NCBI GenBank assembly: GCA_964387025.1
Contig: CAYLUZ010000003.1
Location: 261,828 to 325,827, forward strand
Origin: an uncultured Leptolinea sp.
GTDB lineage: Bacteria; Chloroflexota; Anaerolineae; Anaerolineales; Anaerolineaceae
Direction of reading: 5' to 3'
Length of the DNA: 64,000 bases
Shown here: in pieces, positions 9,884-19,466 of the stretch
How the letters are laid out: each line of letters opens with the position of its first letter
Numbering within the stretch: the stretch's first letter is position 1
Made by a program: the position numbers and the translations under genes
Notes under the pieces: generated by a model
Seen by the model: only the letters and a program-made list of their open reading frames with translations
What the model was told of the DNA's origin: nothing
The model's database searches: none

Positions 9884-10948
9884 ATGCTGACACAAGCAGA
9901 AATTGATGCTTTATTAAGTGGTGCAATTGCCATCGAAGGAAAAGATGGTGGTGCTGATGTTAATTTGGCAGACATCATGGGCGGTGGAGCGCCAACTTCA
10001 GTTAAAGAACAACCTGACCCAGGTAGTAAAAAAATTACCGCATATAATTTTTGGTCACCTGACCGGTTTTCAAAAGAACAAATGCGTGCAGTTGAATTGG
10101 TCCATGAAGATCTTGCTGAAAAGCTGACAACCTCCATACCCACCTTTTTACGAACAAATTTGAAACCCCGGTTAGTACATACAGAACAGGGTAGATTCCA
10201 CGATTTTTTAAAAGACTTACCCCCAAATGCATTGTTTCATATGATCACTCTGGCACCATTACCCGGGTACATGGTGGTTACTATCAGTCCCAACGTAAGC
10301 TACCTGATTCTCGAACAAAGACTTGGCGGGAAAATTGAAGGTGAGGCAAAAGAACGTCCATTGACAGATATAGACCAATCTTTGCTGCGTGGATTGGTCG
10401 AACACATGTTAAACGATCTTAAAAGTGCCTGGAGTAAACTGGTACCGCTCGAACCATCACTGGAAGACAGCACTATAAACCAGCATTGGGTTCAGATGGT
10501 GATGGGAAATGAAAAAGTGATGCTCCTCACTTTTGAGTTAACCATCCAGGGCACCACAGGTACGATGAATGTATACCTTCCATTTAGTACATTGAAACCG
10601 ATCTCGGGTGTTCTTAATCCGCATGTTTGGATCTCTGGCAGAAAAGAAAAAGTGGTTGATAACACTTCCCGTGATATAGCCATGAAAAGTCTCTATAATG
10701 TACAGCTTCCCGTTCAAGTTCTGATGGGATCTGTAAGACTACAACTTGGGGAGATTATGAATCTGCAGTTGGGAGACATTATTCAACTAGATACAAAAGT
10801 AGATCAGCCTATCGTAATGCAAATAGCCAATCAGAAATTATTTAAAGTTTTCATCGGCAAAATCGGTACTCAGGTGGCGGTTCAAGTAGCCTCCTCGATG
10901 CAGGATGAAAACACAGGTAATAGATTAATGAATGAGGTAACCGTATGA
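9884..10948 (+). CDS. fliM: Flagellar motor switch protein FliM
   Basis: N-terminal 'LTQAEIDALLS' CheY-P-binding-type motif, 'YNFWSPDRFSKEQ', and a C-terminal SpoA-like domain 'LQLGDIIQLD'. Confidence 0.85.
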   Translation: MLTQAEIDALLSGAIAIEGKDGGADVNLADIMGGGAPTSVKEQPDPGSKKITAYNFWSPDRFSKEQMRAVELVHEDLAEKLTTSIPTFLRTNLKPRLVHTEQGRFHDFLKDLPPNALFHMITLAPLPGYMVVTISPNVSYLILEQRLGGKIEGEAKERPLTDIDQSLLRGLVEHMLNDLKSAWSKLVPLEPSLEDSTINQHWVQMVMGNEKVMLLTFELTIQGTTGTMNVYLPFSTLKPISGVLNPHVWISGRKEKVVDNTSRDIAMKSLYNVQLPVQVLMGSVRLQLGEIMNLQLGDIIQLDTKVDQPIVMQIANQKLFKVFIGKIGTQVAVQVASSMQDENTGNRLMNEVTV

Positions 10949-11274
10949 CTGAATTAAATCCGCAGGAAATCAGCACCACTACCACAGGAGCAATGCAAAC
11001 CAATGACCAGAAGCCACAAACATCTTTAGAGATGTTGATGGATGTTCCATTGAATATCTCTGTTGAACTAGGTCGAAGTCACATGACTTTACGCCATACA
11101 TTGGAATTGGTACAGGGATCGGTGATCGAATTGGACCGGTTGGCAGGAGATGCAGTGGATATATTGGTAAATGAACGTTTATTAGCGCGAGGGGAAGTTG
11201 TTGTTGTGGATGATAAATTTGCAGTCCGCATCACCGAATTAATTGATCCAAAATTGAAGCAGAATGCAGGTTAG
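10945..11274 (+). CDS. fliN: Flagellar motor switch protein FliN
   Basis: SpoA domain 'VPLNISVELGRSHMTLRHTLELVQGSVIELDRLAGDAVDILVNERLLARGEVVVVDDKFAVRI'. Confidence 0.85.
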   Translation: MTELNPQEISTTTTGAMQTNDQKPQTSLEMLMDVPLNISVELGRSHMTLRHTLELVQGSVIELDRLAGDAVDILVNERLLARGEVVVVDDKFAVRITELIDPKLKQNAG

Positions 11275-11289
11275 GAAGAATTGAACAAA

Positions 11290-11790
11290 ATGGATTGGTA
11301 TCAGAACTTCCTCAAATGGTTCACTTCCAGGCCTCGTTGGATGCAAGTTGTTTTCATTCTCTTGCTGTCAGTTCTTGTTGTCATTGGTTTTTGGTTGACA
11401 GACTATCAAACAGGAGATTCAACCGCATCCATGGTAGATTCGACTGCCTGGATCCTCAGCGCAATTCTTAAATTTGGAATAGTTCTCCTATTGATCTACG
11501 GTGCAGCAATTATTTTACGCCGCTGGCAAGTGGGTGGCATAAAAAAGAATAATCGCCGGATGAAAATTCTAGAAATATCAGCATTGACGCCTAGACGGGC
11601 TATATATTTAGTTCAGGTGGATGGACAAACATTCATGCTTGGAGCTACTGACCAAAGTGTAAACCTGATCGCAGAAATTGACCAAATGGAAGCAGCTGTT
11701 ATTGAACCATCTAGTATTTTTGCCGATGTCCTAAACCAAGCTGGAGACCGCCTTGATGTTCTTCCTGGAAAATCAAATGAATCGAAATAG
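11290..11790 (+). CDS. fliO: Flagellar biosynthesis protein FliO/FliZ-like
   Basis: Position between fliN and fliP, a TM region, and 'LEISALTPRRAIYLVQVDGQTFMLGATDQSVNLI', typical of FliO. ATG at 11290 used; the track ORF starts at TTG 11281. Confidence 0.55.
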   Translation: MDWYQNFLKWFTSRPRWMQVVFILLLSVLVVIGFWLTDYQTGDSTASMVDSTAWILSAILKFGIVLLLIYGAAIILRRWQVGGIKKNNRRMKILEISALTPRRAIYLVQVDGQTFMLGATDQSVNLIAEIDQMEAAVIEPSSIFADVLNQAGDRLDVLPGKSNESK

Positions 11791-12544
11791 AAATCGCATC
11801 ATAATCATCATATTTGCTGCCTTTGCAACGTTGCTCTTAAGTTCCTGTGCAGCCAACCCTGAACTCGCTGCACCAGGCGTGACTTTATCGGTAACTCCGG
11901 ATGGCCAACCACAGCAGGTAACAACAGGCGTCCAACTGCTTGTTCTATTAACAGTCCTCTCCGTGGCACCTACGATCCTCATCCTGGCAACTTCATTCAC
12001 CCGAATTGTAATTGTTCTTTCGATGTTGCGAAATGCGATCGGGACTCCTTCCATTCCACCAAACCAGGTTGTTATTGGTTTATCGCTATTATTGACGTTT
12101 TTCATCATGTCACCGGTTTATGGGAAGATCAATGAAGAAGCAATTCAACCCTATGTAAAAAACGAGATCACCCAGGAAGAGGCGTTTACCCGTGCGGTTG
12201 ACCCGATTCGGGAATTCATGTTCAAACAGACTAGGGAAAAAGATATTGCTCTTTTTATGGATATGAGCGGTAAAGAGAGGCCAAATACTGTAGCAGATAT
12301 TGATACTGTGGATCTTTTTCCTGCATTCGTGATCAGTGAGCTGAGAACAGCTTTCACCATGGGCTTTATTATCTATATACCTTTCCTGATCATTGACCTG
12401 GTTATTTCAAGTGTATTGTTATCCATGGGTATGATGATGCTACCTCCTTCCCTGATATCTTTACCTTTTAAAGTCCTTCTTTTTGTTTTGGTAGATGGCT
12501 GGTATTTGATTGCAAAATCCCTGATGTTAAGTTTTATGAATTAG
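11756..12544 (+). CDS. fliP: Flagellar export gate protein FliP
   Basis: 'LLVLLTVLSVAPTILILATSFTRIVIVLSMLRNAIGT...PNQV' and 'GFIIYIPFLIIDLVISSVLLSMGMMMLPP'. Start uncertain (11753, 11756 or 11777). Confidence 0.9.
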   Translation: MFFLENQMNRNRNRIIIIIFAAFATLLLSSCAANPELAAPGVTLSVTPDGQPQQVTTGVQLLVLLTVLSVAPTILILATSFTRIVIVLSMLRNAIGTPSIPPNQVVIGLSLLLTFFIMSPVYGKINEEAIQPYVKNEITQEEAFTRAVDPIREFMFKQTREKDIALFMDMSGKERPNTVADIDTVDLFPAFVISELRTAFTMGFIIYIPFLIIDLVISSVLLSMGMMMLPPSLISLPFKVLLFVLVDGWYLIAKSLMLSFMN

Positions 12545-12551
12545 AGGAATC

Positions 12552-12821
12552 ATGACGGAATCTTATGTTCTTTCTCTCGCTCAAAATGCTGTCACAGTCA
12601 TGCTCATTCTTGCCGGACCTGTTTTACTGGTAAGTTTAATTATAGGAAGTCTGATATCCCTGGTTCAAGCAGCCACCCAGATAAACGAAGTGACCATGAC
12701 CTTTGTGCCCAAACTTATTGGGATTGGTCTGGTAATGGCGCTACTTGGTTCCTGGATGTTGCAGCGCCTATTGGTTTTTACTTCAAACATTTTTACCAGC
12801 TTACCCAACTTTGTGAAGTAA
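12552..12821 (+). CDS. fliQ: Flagellar export gate protein FliQ
   Basis: 89-aa two-TM protein, 'GPVLLVSLIIGSLISLVQAATQINEVTMTFVPKL'. Confidence 0.9.
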   Translation: MTESYVLSLAQNAVTVMLILAGPVLLVSLIIGSLISLVQAATQINEVTMTFVPKLIGIGLVMALLGSWMLQRLLVFTSNIFTSLPNFVK

Positions 12822-12832
12822 GGATAAAACTT

Positions 12833-13675
12833 ATGATATCAGGAAAATTGGATCAAATCCTTGCACAAGTGGAAAAAATGCGCCCTATGCCAATGAGCGT
12901 TACGCGGATTTTAAATGCTCTGGAAGACCCTAATAATACTGCAAGTGTTATAAGTGATTTAATCGGCTTGGATCAAGCTCTGGCAGCTTCGGTGTTGCAG
13001 ATGGCTAATTCAGCCGGGATGGGCTATAACGCAGTGTGTTCGTCTTTGACAGACGCTGTCATGAGGTTAGGGATTAAGAGGGTGAAAATCCTGGTTTTGG
13101 GCGCAGCTTCATCTGGACCTCTGACTCGCAGGTTGAATGGTTACCGCCTTGGAGCAGGAGAGTTGTGGAATCATTCTGTTTCCACAGCCATGATAGCACA
13201 ATGGGTATCCAGATATTTACATTATCCAGATCCCGAAGAAGCGTATGTCGCTGGTTTATTACATGACATGGGAAAACTGATCCTCGATCAATATATGATG
13301 GTTGATTATTCCAGGTTACTGGATATGATGCAGCAATATAACCTTGCGATGTGGCAGGTTGAAGAAAAATTGCTTGGTATTGATCACCCTACTATTGGTT
13401 CACTGATGGCGAAAAAATGGAATTTTCCAGTGATCCTGGTGGATGCAATTCGTTATCATCACGCTCCTTCATTAGCCAGAACCATGCATAAGCTGGGGGC
13501 AATAATAAACGTGGCGAATGTTTTCAGTAAAGACAGTAAGTACATTTCATCAGACCCTAATGGGGGAAGGGTTCACCCGGAATCTTTACAGATATTGAAC
13601 ATGGATGATGTGATGTTTGATCGAATGCGGATTCAATTACAGGATTTTAGGGCGAATCAAGGGAGTCGGGGTTAA
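12833..13675 (+). CDS. HDOD domain protein
   Basis: 'MPMSVTRILNAL...' N-terminus, 'LWNHSV', 'AGLLHDMGKLILD', 'HPTIGSLMAKKWNFP', 'IRYHHAP' are characteristic HDOD (HD-related output domain) blocks. Confidence 0.75.
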   Translation: MISGKLDQILAQVEKMRPMPMSVTRILNALEDPNNTASVISDLIGLDQALAASVLQMANSAGMGYNAVCSSLTDAVMRLGIKRVKILVLGAASSGPLTRRLNGYRLGAGELWNHSVSTAMIAQWVSRYLHYPDPEEAYVAGLLHDMGKLILDQYMMVDYSRLLDMMQQYNLAMWQVEEKLLGIDHPTIGSLMAKKWNFPVILVDAIRYHHAPSLARTMHKLGAIINVANVFSKDSKYISSDPNGGRVHPESLQILNMDDVMFDRMRIQLQDFRANQGSRG

Positions 13676-13679
13676 ATTA

Positions 13680-14060
13680 ATGATGGGAACTTTATCTCCA
13701 TACGCTGTAATATTAATGCCGGATCCAGTTGAGCGTGACCTGGTGGCATTAACTTTGTTGCGTTTAGGCTGTTCTGCGGTGGCGTGCAAAGATATTATTG
13801 CAGCCGATGAAGCCATTGAAGTTCGTAAGGTCGACCTATTAATCATTGATGTAATTCTGCCTGGTGGAAGTGGCCTGGATCTTATTATTGAATGGAAAAT
13901 GAGGAAAAACCTGTCCAATTGTCGGATCATCATAATATCCGCAATGCGATTTCCTGAAATTGTGAACCACGCCAAACTTGCCGGGGCAGTAGATTTTCTT
14001 GTGAAACCAGTAGATGTAGATATGATCATCCAACGGATATCTAAATGGATAGAAAAGTGA
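13680..14060 (+). CDS. Stand-alone receiver (CheY-like) domain protein
   Basis: 'DLLIIDVILPGGSG' (phospho-acceptor Asp), 'IIIISAM' (Ser/Thr position), 'FLVKPVD' (Lys). The N-terminal acidic pair is reduced to 'MPD'. ATG at 13680 follows a GGGAGTCGGGG SD; the track ORF start at 13617 overlaps the HDOD gene. Confidence 0.75.
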   Translation: MMGTLSPYAVILMPDPVERDLVALTLLRLGCSAVACKDIIAADEAIEVRKVDLLIIDVILPGGSGLDLIIEWKMRKNLSNCRIIIISAMRFPEIVNHAKLAGAVDFLVKPVDVDMIIQRISKWIEK

Positions 14061-14158
14061 GTTATCGGTAATCGTAAATAAAACTTTAATTAATTCCACG
14101 ATTTTTTTACGCTTAATTTAGACCTGCTTCATCTCCCCTTTACTGACAATAAAAACCA

Positions 14159-14187
14159 TAAGAATTATTCTAATATCAGACCGATAA
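14159..14187 (+). promoter_or_regulatory. Possible sigma-28-type promoter upstream of fliR
   Basis: 'ACCGATAA' at 14180-14187 matches 7 of 8 positions of the sigma-28 -10 consensus GCCGATAA. The -35 is poor (AGAA at N15, TAAG at N17). Confidence 0.25.
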
Positions 14188-14199
14188 AGAGCGGCTATT

Positions 14200-14961
14200 A
14201 TGATTGTATCAATTGCCCAAACACAAATATTTATACTGGTTTTCACCCGGATCATGGCCATGGTTATTCCTGTACCAATTCTGGGTGGGCAATCAATCCC
14301 TGCTCAAGTCAGGATAGGTTTAGGTATTATTCTCAGTGTAATCCTGATTCCCTGGCAACCCCTTGGGCCTGAAGTACAGGAGCTTGGGTTACTAGCCTTT
14401 GCAGCTGCAATATTGCAGGAATTGATCATCGGCACGTTAGCTGGTTTTGCAGCTACACTCACATTTGGTGCGATACAAATAGCTGGCGAAATGATGGGAC
14501 TCGTAAGTGGATTTGGAGCAGGGAATATTCTTAACCCAGCCCTTGGCTCAAGCGGATCAGCACTCGATCAATTATTTATCATGGTCGGTATGATGCTGTT
14601 CATTGTTCTTAATGGACATCATTATTTCCTAATGGCTGTTCAAAAATCGTTCACAATTCTACCAGTCCACTCGACACTACCTTTAACGGATCCGTTAATC
14701 CTGATAACTATGACAGCTAAGCTAATCACCACAGGAATTCAACTTGCTCTACCGGTGATTGGTGCATTGCTGTTGGCGGATATCAGTATGGGTCTGTTAT
14801 CAAGAGTAGCGCCGCAAATCCAGATCTTCTTTTTAGGATTGCCTGCCAAAATTGGATTGGGTATGTTTGCGGTCGGATTGACATTCAGCGTCGCATTTCC
14901 AATTATGCGGGAATTATTCTATAAGACAGGTCCCAGAGTTCTGGAACTGATAGCAAAGTAA
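14200..14961 (+). CDS. fliR: Flagellar export gate protein FliR
   Basis: 253-aa polytopic protein, 'FILVFTRIMAMVIPVPILGG...P', 'LQELIIGTLAGF', 'LALPVIGALLLADISMGLLSRVAPQIQIFFLGLP'. Confidence 0.85.
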   Translation: MIVSIAQTQIFILVFTRIMAMVIPVPILGGQSIPAQVRIGLGIILSVILIPWQPLGPEVQELGLLAFAAAILQELIIGTLAGFAATLTFGAIQIAGEMMGLVSGFGAGNILNPALGSSGSALDQLFIMVGMMLFIVLNGHHYFLMAVQKSFTILPVHSTLPLTDPLILITMTAKLITTGIQLALPVIGALLLADISMGLLSRVAPQIQIFFLGLPAKIGLGMFAVGLTFSVAFPIMRELFYKTGPRVLELIAK

Positions 14962-14964
14962 AAA

Positions 14965-16038
14965 ATGTCAGATAAAACTGAAGCCCCAACCCAGAGAAGA
15001 TTAGATGAAGCCCGAGAAGAGGGTAAGGTTGCCCGCAGTACTGAGCTAAATACTGCTGCGATCATGCTGGTAGGCGCATTCTTACTTAAAGGTCCCGGGA
15101 CTGCCATGGTCAATGTAATCAAAGAATTGATTATTACAACCATTAATACATTACCGACAGCAATAATCACAGAGGCCAGCCTGCGTACAAAGCTCTTTTC
15201 TCTGGTCACAACGTTTGCACCCGCATTGGGTGTGATCATGATTGGATTGTTGGTTACAGGTGTGGCTGTAACTGTAGTACAAACCGGGTTTTTATGGTCA
15301 GGAAAAAAGATCGGTTTTGACTTTAAACGTCTTAATCCGATTACCGGGTTACAGCGCATATTCTCCGGGTCAGGTCTGATCGAACTTGGGCGTGCTTTAC
15401 TTAAGCTAGTCCTTGTTGGATGGGTGGTTTACTCATACTTAAAGAATCAAATTTCCGCATTGACCGACCTGGGACAAATGGATCTTGCCACCGGAGTTTC
15501 CAAATGGATCGATCTTGCTTCCACATTGGCAATAAGGGTCGGATCAGCCTATGTGGTGCTTGCAGTAGCTGATTATGCTCTTCAACGCTATCGTTTTATG
15601 CAGTCTATGCGGATGACAAAAGAAGAGATCAAAGAAGATTACAAACGATCAGAAGGCGATCCTTTCTTACGTGGCAGGATCCGTGCTCAACAAAGAAGGA
15701 TTGCCAGAAACCGGATGATGTCCAATGTTCCAAAAGCGAAAGTAGTCATCACCAACCCGACACATTTTGCCATCGCCCTGGACTACAATCCGGATAGTAT
15801 GACTGCACCGAGGGTATTGGCCAAAGGTGCGTTCCATGTTGCACAAAAGATTGTCGATATTGCCAGGCAAAATAATGTCCCAATAGTACAAAATATTCCA
15901 CTGGCAAGAGCATTATATAAAGCTGTAGAAGTAGATCAAGAAATATCACCGGAACTTTATCTGGCGGTTGCCGAAGTACTCGCTTATGTATACCGGTTAA
16001 AAACACCAGTTACTCGCATGCAGCCTTCTGCTGCCTAA
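14965..16038 (+). CDS. flhB: Flagellar export switch protein FlhB
   Basis: 'SDKTEAPTQRRLDEAREEGKVARS', 'MTKEEIKEDYKRSEGDP', and the autocleavage site 'NPTH' in 'VVITNPTHFAIAL'. Confidence 0.9.
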   Translation: MSDKTEAPTQRRLDEAREEGKVARSTELNTAAIMLVGAFLLKGPGTAMVNVIKELIITTINTLPTAIITEASLRTKLFSLVTTFAPALGVIMIGLLVTGVAVTVVQTGFLWSGKKIGFDFKRLNPITGLQRIFSGSGLIELGRALLKLVLVGWVVYSYLKNQISALTDLGQMDLATGVSKWIDLASTLAIRVGSAYVVLAVADYALQRYRFMQSMRMTKEEIKEDYKRSEGDPFLRGRIRAQQRRIARNRMMSNVPKAKVVITNPTHFAIALDYNPDSMTAPRVLAKGAFHVAQKIVDIARQNNVPIVQNIPLARALYKAVEVDQEISPELYLAVAEVLAYVYRLKTPVTRMQPSAA

Positions 16039-16063
16039 AGTATTAGAGGAGAGAAATTCGATC

Positions 16064-18145
16064 ATGGTAGCAACAACACCGTCAAAACCATTTTCTTCGC
16101 TGCAAAATCTGTTAAAGTCGAAAGACCTGGCGCTGGCTTTCGGATTGATCATCATTGTTGGATTATTGATCATCCCCATGCCGGCATCGGCTGTGGATCT
16201 ACTTGTTGTTGCAAATCTCGCCCTCTCCATCGGTGTCATTTTGCTGACGATGTATATTTCCCAGCCAATGGAATTCTCTGTATTTCCGACTTTCCTGCTG
16301 CTGGTTACTCTACTTAGATTGGGTATTAATATTTCTGCAAGCCGGTTAATCCTGCTTGAAGCGAATGCCGGAAAAGTCATAGAAACATTTGGAACAATGA
16401 TCGTTGGCGGCAATTATGTGGTTGGAGTTGTCATCTTCCTCATGCTGATGATCATTCAATTTGTGGTTATTAACAGCGGTGCCGGCCGGGTGGCAGAAGT
16501 GTCGGCCAGGTTTACATTGGATGCCATGCCTGGTAAACAACTCTCGATCGATGCCGACCTTAACGCAGGACTGATCGATGAGACAGATGCACGTGCCCGC
16601 CGCCGGGCGATAGAAACTGAAGCAGATTTCTACGGGGCAATGGATGGCGCAAGTAAGTTCGTACGTGGAGATTCGATCGCTGCCATCATTATTATGCTCG
16701 TTAATGTCATCGGCGGATTCATTATTGGCATGCTACAGCACAATATGGATATTATGAAAGCATTACAGACCTATACCCTTTTGACAGTAGGTGCTGGTTT
16801 GGCTATTCAGATCCCTGCCCTTCTGGTTTCCTCCGCAGCAGGCTTGATCGTTACCCGTTCTACATCTGAAAAATCACTGGGAACAGACCTGTTTGGACAA
16901 CTTTCCAATTTTAATTCCCTCACCGTTGGTGCTGGAATAATCGGTTTGATGGTTTTCGTGCCCGGATTACCCAAGTTACCAATTATCCTGGTCAGCGGTG
17001 GATTAGGGACAGCAGCCTATATTGTTCAGCGAGCCAAAGAAAAAGAGAGACTACAAATTGCTACCCCTGCGGTAACAGCGGTTGCAGAAGAACCTGAAAC
17101 ACCGGAAGATATGTTGAATATGGTGGTCATTGATCCGATGGAATTAGAGATCGGCTATAACCTTATTCCTTTAATTGATAATGATGCTTCAGACAATTTG
17201 CTGCGTCGAATCACCGGAATACGCAGACAGATCATGGCTGAGCTAGGGTTGATCTTGCCAGTTGTACGCATCCGTGACAACCTTCGATTACAACCCACCC
17301 AGTATCGGATCAAGATCCGCGGACAGGAAGTAGCCAAAGGTGAGTTAATGCTCGATCATCAACTTGCCATACCGGGTTCTGAGGCAGATGAAAATATGAA
17401 GGGCATAAAGACCACCGAACCTGCTTTTGGTCTTCCAGCCTTATGGATCACTGATGCCGAGCAGGGTCGTGCGGAATTGATGGGGTACACAGTTGTAAAT
17501 TCACTCTCTGTATTAAGTACCCATCTGACAGAACTGGTTCGGGGCTATGCACCGGATCTATTGAACCGCCAGATGGTCCAGGAAATGTTGAATCAACTAA
17601 AAGCGCGCAGCCCGGCTTCTGTTGAAGGAGTCATTCCTGAGTCAATTACGCTAAGTGATTTCCAATCGATTTTACGCAACCTGCTCCGTGAACGGATTCC
17701 GATTCGCGATCTTAGTGGAATTTTGGAAGTGGTTGCCAATAATTCTTCCGTTACCAGAGATCCTAATATTCTTGCTGAGGCAGTCCGTCAGACTATGGCA
17801 CATACTTTATCATCGCTCTACAGGGATGATACAGGCACATTACACGTATTTACGCTGGCACCCCAATTAGAATCAGCTCTACGCAGTTCATTAGGGGCTA
17901 CAGATACAGGTGTTGGATTCCAGATCGATGCTTCGCTTGCGCAGGCAATATTGAATAAAACAGGTGAACAAATGGAAGTTATTGCACATCTGGGATTTAT
18001 GCCGTTACTGCTATGTCCACGTGAACTGCGGCTGGCTTTCCGTCGTTTAGTGGAGCAAACATTACCAAATTTGATCGTTCTGGCGTATTCCGAAGTAAGC
18101 ACTGGTACAAAAGTAAAAGCTCACGGTATGGTTGAAATGAATTAG
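16064..18145 (+). CDS. flhA: Flagellar export gate protein FlhA
   Basis: 693 aa with 'FPTFLLLVTLLRLGINISASRLIL', 'VVINSGAGRVAEVSARFTLDAMPGKQLSIDADLNAG', 'FYGAMDGASKFVRGD'. Confidence 0.95.
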   Translation: MVATTPSKPFSSLQNLLKSKDLALAFGLIIIVGLLIIPMPASAVDLLVVANLALSIGVILLTMYISQPMEFSVFPTFLLLVTLLRLGINISASRLILLEANAGKVIETFGTMIVGGNYVVGVVIFLMLMIIQFVVINSGAGRVAEVSARFTLDAMPGKQLSIDADLNAGLIDETDARARRRAIETEADFYGAMDGASKFVRGDSIAAIIIMLVNVIGGFIIGMLQHNMDIMKALQTYTLLTVGAGLAIQIPALLVSSAAGLIVTRSTSEKSLGTDLFGQLSNFNSLTVGAGIIGLMVFVPGLPKLPIILVSGGLGTAAYIVQRAKEKERLQIATPAVTAVAEEPETPEDMLNMVVIDPMELEIGYNLIPLIDNDASDNLLRRITGIRRQIMAELGLILPVVRIRDNLRLQPTQYRIKIRGQEVAKGELMLDHQLAIPGSEADENMKGIKTTEPAFGLPALWITDAEQGRAELMGYTVVNSLSVLSTHLTELVRGYAPDLLNRQMVQEMLNQLKARSPASVEGVIPESITLSDFQSILRNLLRERIPIRDLSGILEVVANNSSVTRDPNILAEAVRQTMAHTLSSLYRDDTGTLHVFTLAPQLESALRSSLGATDTGVGFQIDASLAQAILNKTGEQMEVIAHLGFMPLLLCPRELRLAFRRLVEQTLPNLIVLAYSEVSTGTKVKAHGMVEMN

Positions 18146-18155
18146 GCGGTGTGAT

Positions 18156-19466
18156 ATGTTGACTAAAACTTTTAGAGCACCCAATATGCTGGAAGCATTG
18201 CAAGAGATCCAAAAAGAACTTGGATCGGATGCAATAGTTCTATCCATGCGCGAAATTCCAGCTGGACCATTATGGCAAGTCTGGAATAAACCGGGGGTTG
18301 AAGTTGTAGCAACCCGTTACATCTCTGGCAATAAGCAACTTGAAAGAGCAGTTGAAGATCAATCCGAACAAAAGCATAAAATACCCGTTACACCAGGGAG
18401 AAAAGAAATTGAAGCGATACTGAATGCCATAGCCGAAAAAAATCAAAATGTATCATTTGATAAAGGACTGGCATCTTCTACAAAATTCAAGAAAAGTGAG
18501 ATTATCGAAGAAACAGAGAAACCACTTTCATGGGAACCACCGATTATACGTAAATCCATAGAACCTCAGCCACAATCTGGAAGTGAAAAACCTGCCATCC
18601 AAGCTCTGGAAAACGTAGTTAGGGAATTAAAAGAAGGACAAAGACCCCATCTTGGAACACTTAGAGAAGAGGTTTTGGAAATTCCTCCTGCCCTGCGAGC
18701 AATTAAAAAAAGAATGCTCGCCCAGGGGATAGATATGGCACTTGTAGAGCATATTATTAGTACCAATCTGAATGCTATTAGCCCGACTATTCTAACTGAT
18801 GAGAATCGGCTAAAAAAATTCATGATGAAACAATTGGAAGCTAGTTTACGCCCCCAGCAGAATTCGATGGCAGTGATTCAAAGTCGGGTGATGTGCCTGG
18901 TAGGATCGAGCGGTTCAGGAAAAACAAGCACGATCGCTAAACTGGCTGCATATTATTCAAAGACCCTGGGTAAAAAAGTTGCGTGGGTTTGCGCAGATAC
19001 AATTAGGGCGGGGGCGATCAGTGAAACTAAAACTTATACAGATGTTATGGAAATCCCCTTATTCTTTACTTATTCACCACAGGAATTAGTGGAAGTTTTG
19101 GAATCTCAGAATGATGCAGACCTCATCCTCGTTGATACTTCTGGAATCAGTATGGTGGATGAGGACAAGATCGTAGAATTAGGTTCTTACCTGTCTGTTC
19201 TGCCGGGCAGATCCATATACCTTACAGCTCCAGCGACGATGAAAGAAGCTGATATCTACCAAGCCATTTCAACATTTAGCCCATTTAAGATCCGCGGATT
19301 GGTGGTAACCAAGATGGATGAAACATTTACTTATGGATCAATTTTTAATGTGACCAATAGATCAAAATTACCGGTTTTGTATTTTACTAATGGCCATCAG
19401 GTTTTAGGAAATCTGCATCAAGGTACCCCGATAGGTCTCATCGCTTATCTGTTTGGGGAAGGATGA
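18156..19466 (+). CDS. flhF: Flagellar SRP-type GTPase FlhF
   Basis: G-domain motifs 'LVGSSGSGKTSTIAKLA', 'LILVDTSG', 'VVTKMDET', with an N-terminal basic/B domain. Confidence 0.85.
   Translation: MLTKTFRAPNMLEALQEIQKELGSDAIVLSMREIPAGPLWQVWNKPGVEVVATRYISGNKQLERAVEDQSEQKHKIPVTPGRKEIEAILNAIAEKNQNVSFDKGLASSTKFKKSEIIEETEKPLSWEPPIIRKSIEPQPQSGSEKPAIQALENVVRELKEGQRPHLGTLREEVLEIPPALRAIKKRMLAQGIDMALVEHIISTNLNAISPTILTDENRLKKFMMKQLEASLRPQQNSMAVIQSRVMCLVGSSGSGKTSTIAKLAAYYSKTLGKKVAWVCADTIRAGAISETKTYTDVMEIPLFFTYSPQELVEVLESQNDADLILVDTSGISMVDEDKIVELGSYLSVLPGRSIYLTAPATMKEADIYQAISTFSPFKIRGLVVTKMDETFTYGSIFNVTNRSKLPVLYFTNGHQVLGNLHQGTPIGLIAYLFGEG

Noticed and set aside
9413-9895. Sizeable antisense or out-of-frame ORFs inside flagellar genes (for example 9413-9895, 11773-12108, 13637-14029, 15997-16413, 22631-23008, 36420-36806, 37741-38040)
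   Set aside because: Each lies wholly within a strongly supported gene on the other strand or in another frame. None has an SD or a recognisable motif, and their composition is typical of shadow ORFs.
13617-13679. An upstream start for the receiver gene that overlaps the HDOD gene by 59 nt
   Set aside because: The ATG at 13680 is preceded by a G-rich SD and gives a receiver of normal length. The upstream extension (MIECGFNYRILGRIKGVGVKL) has no receiver-domain counterpart.
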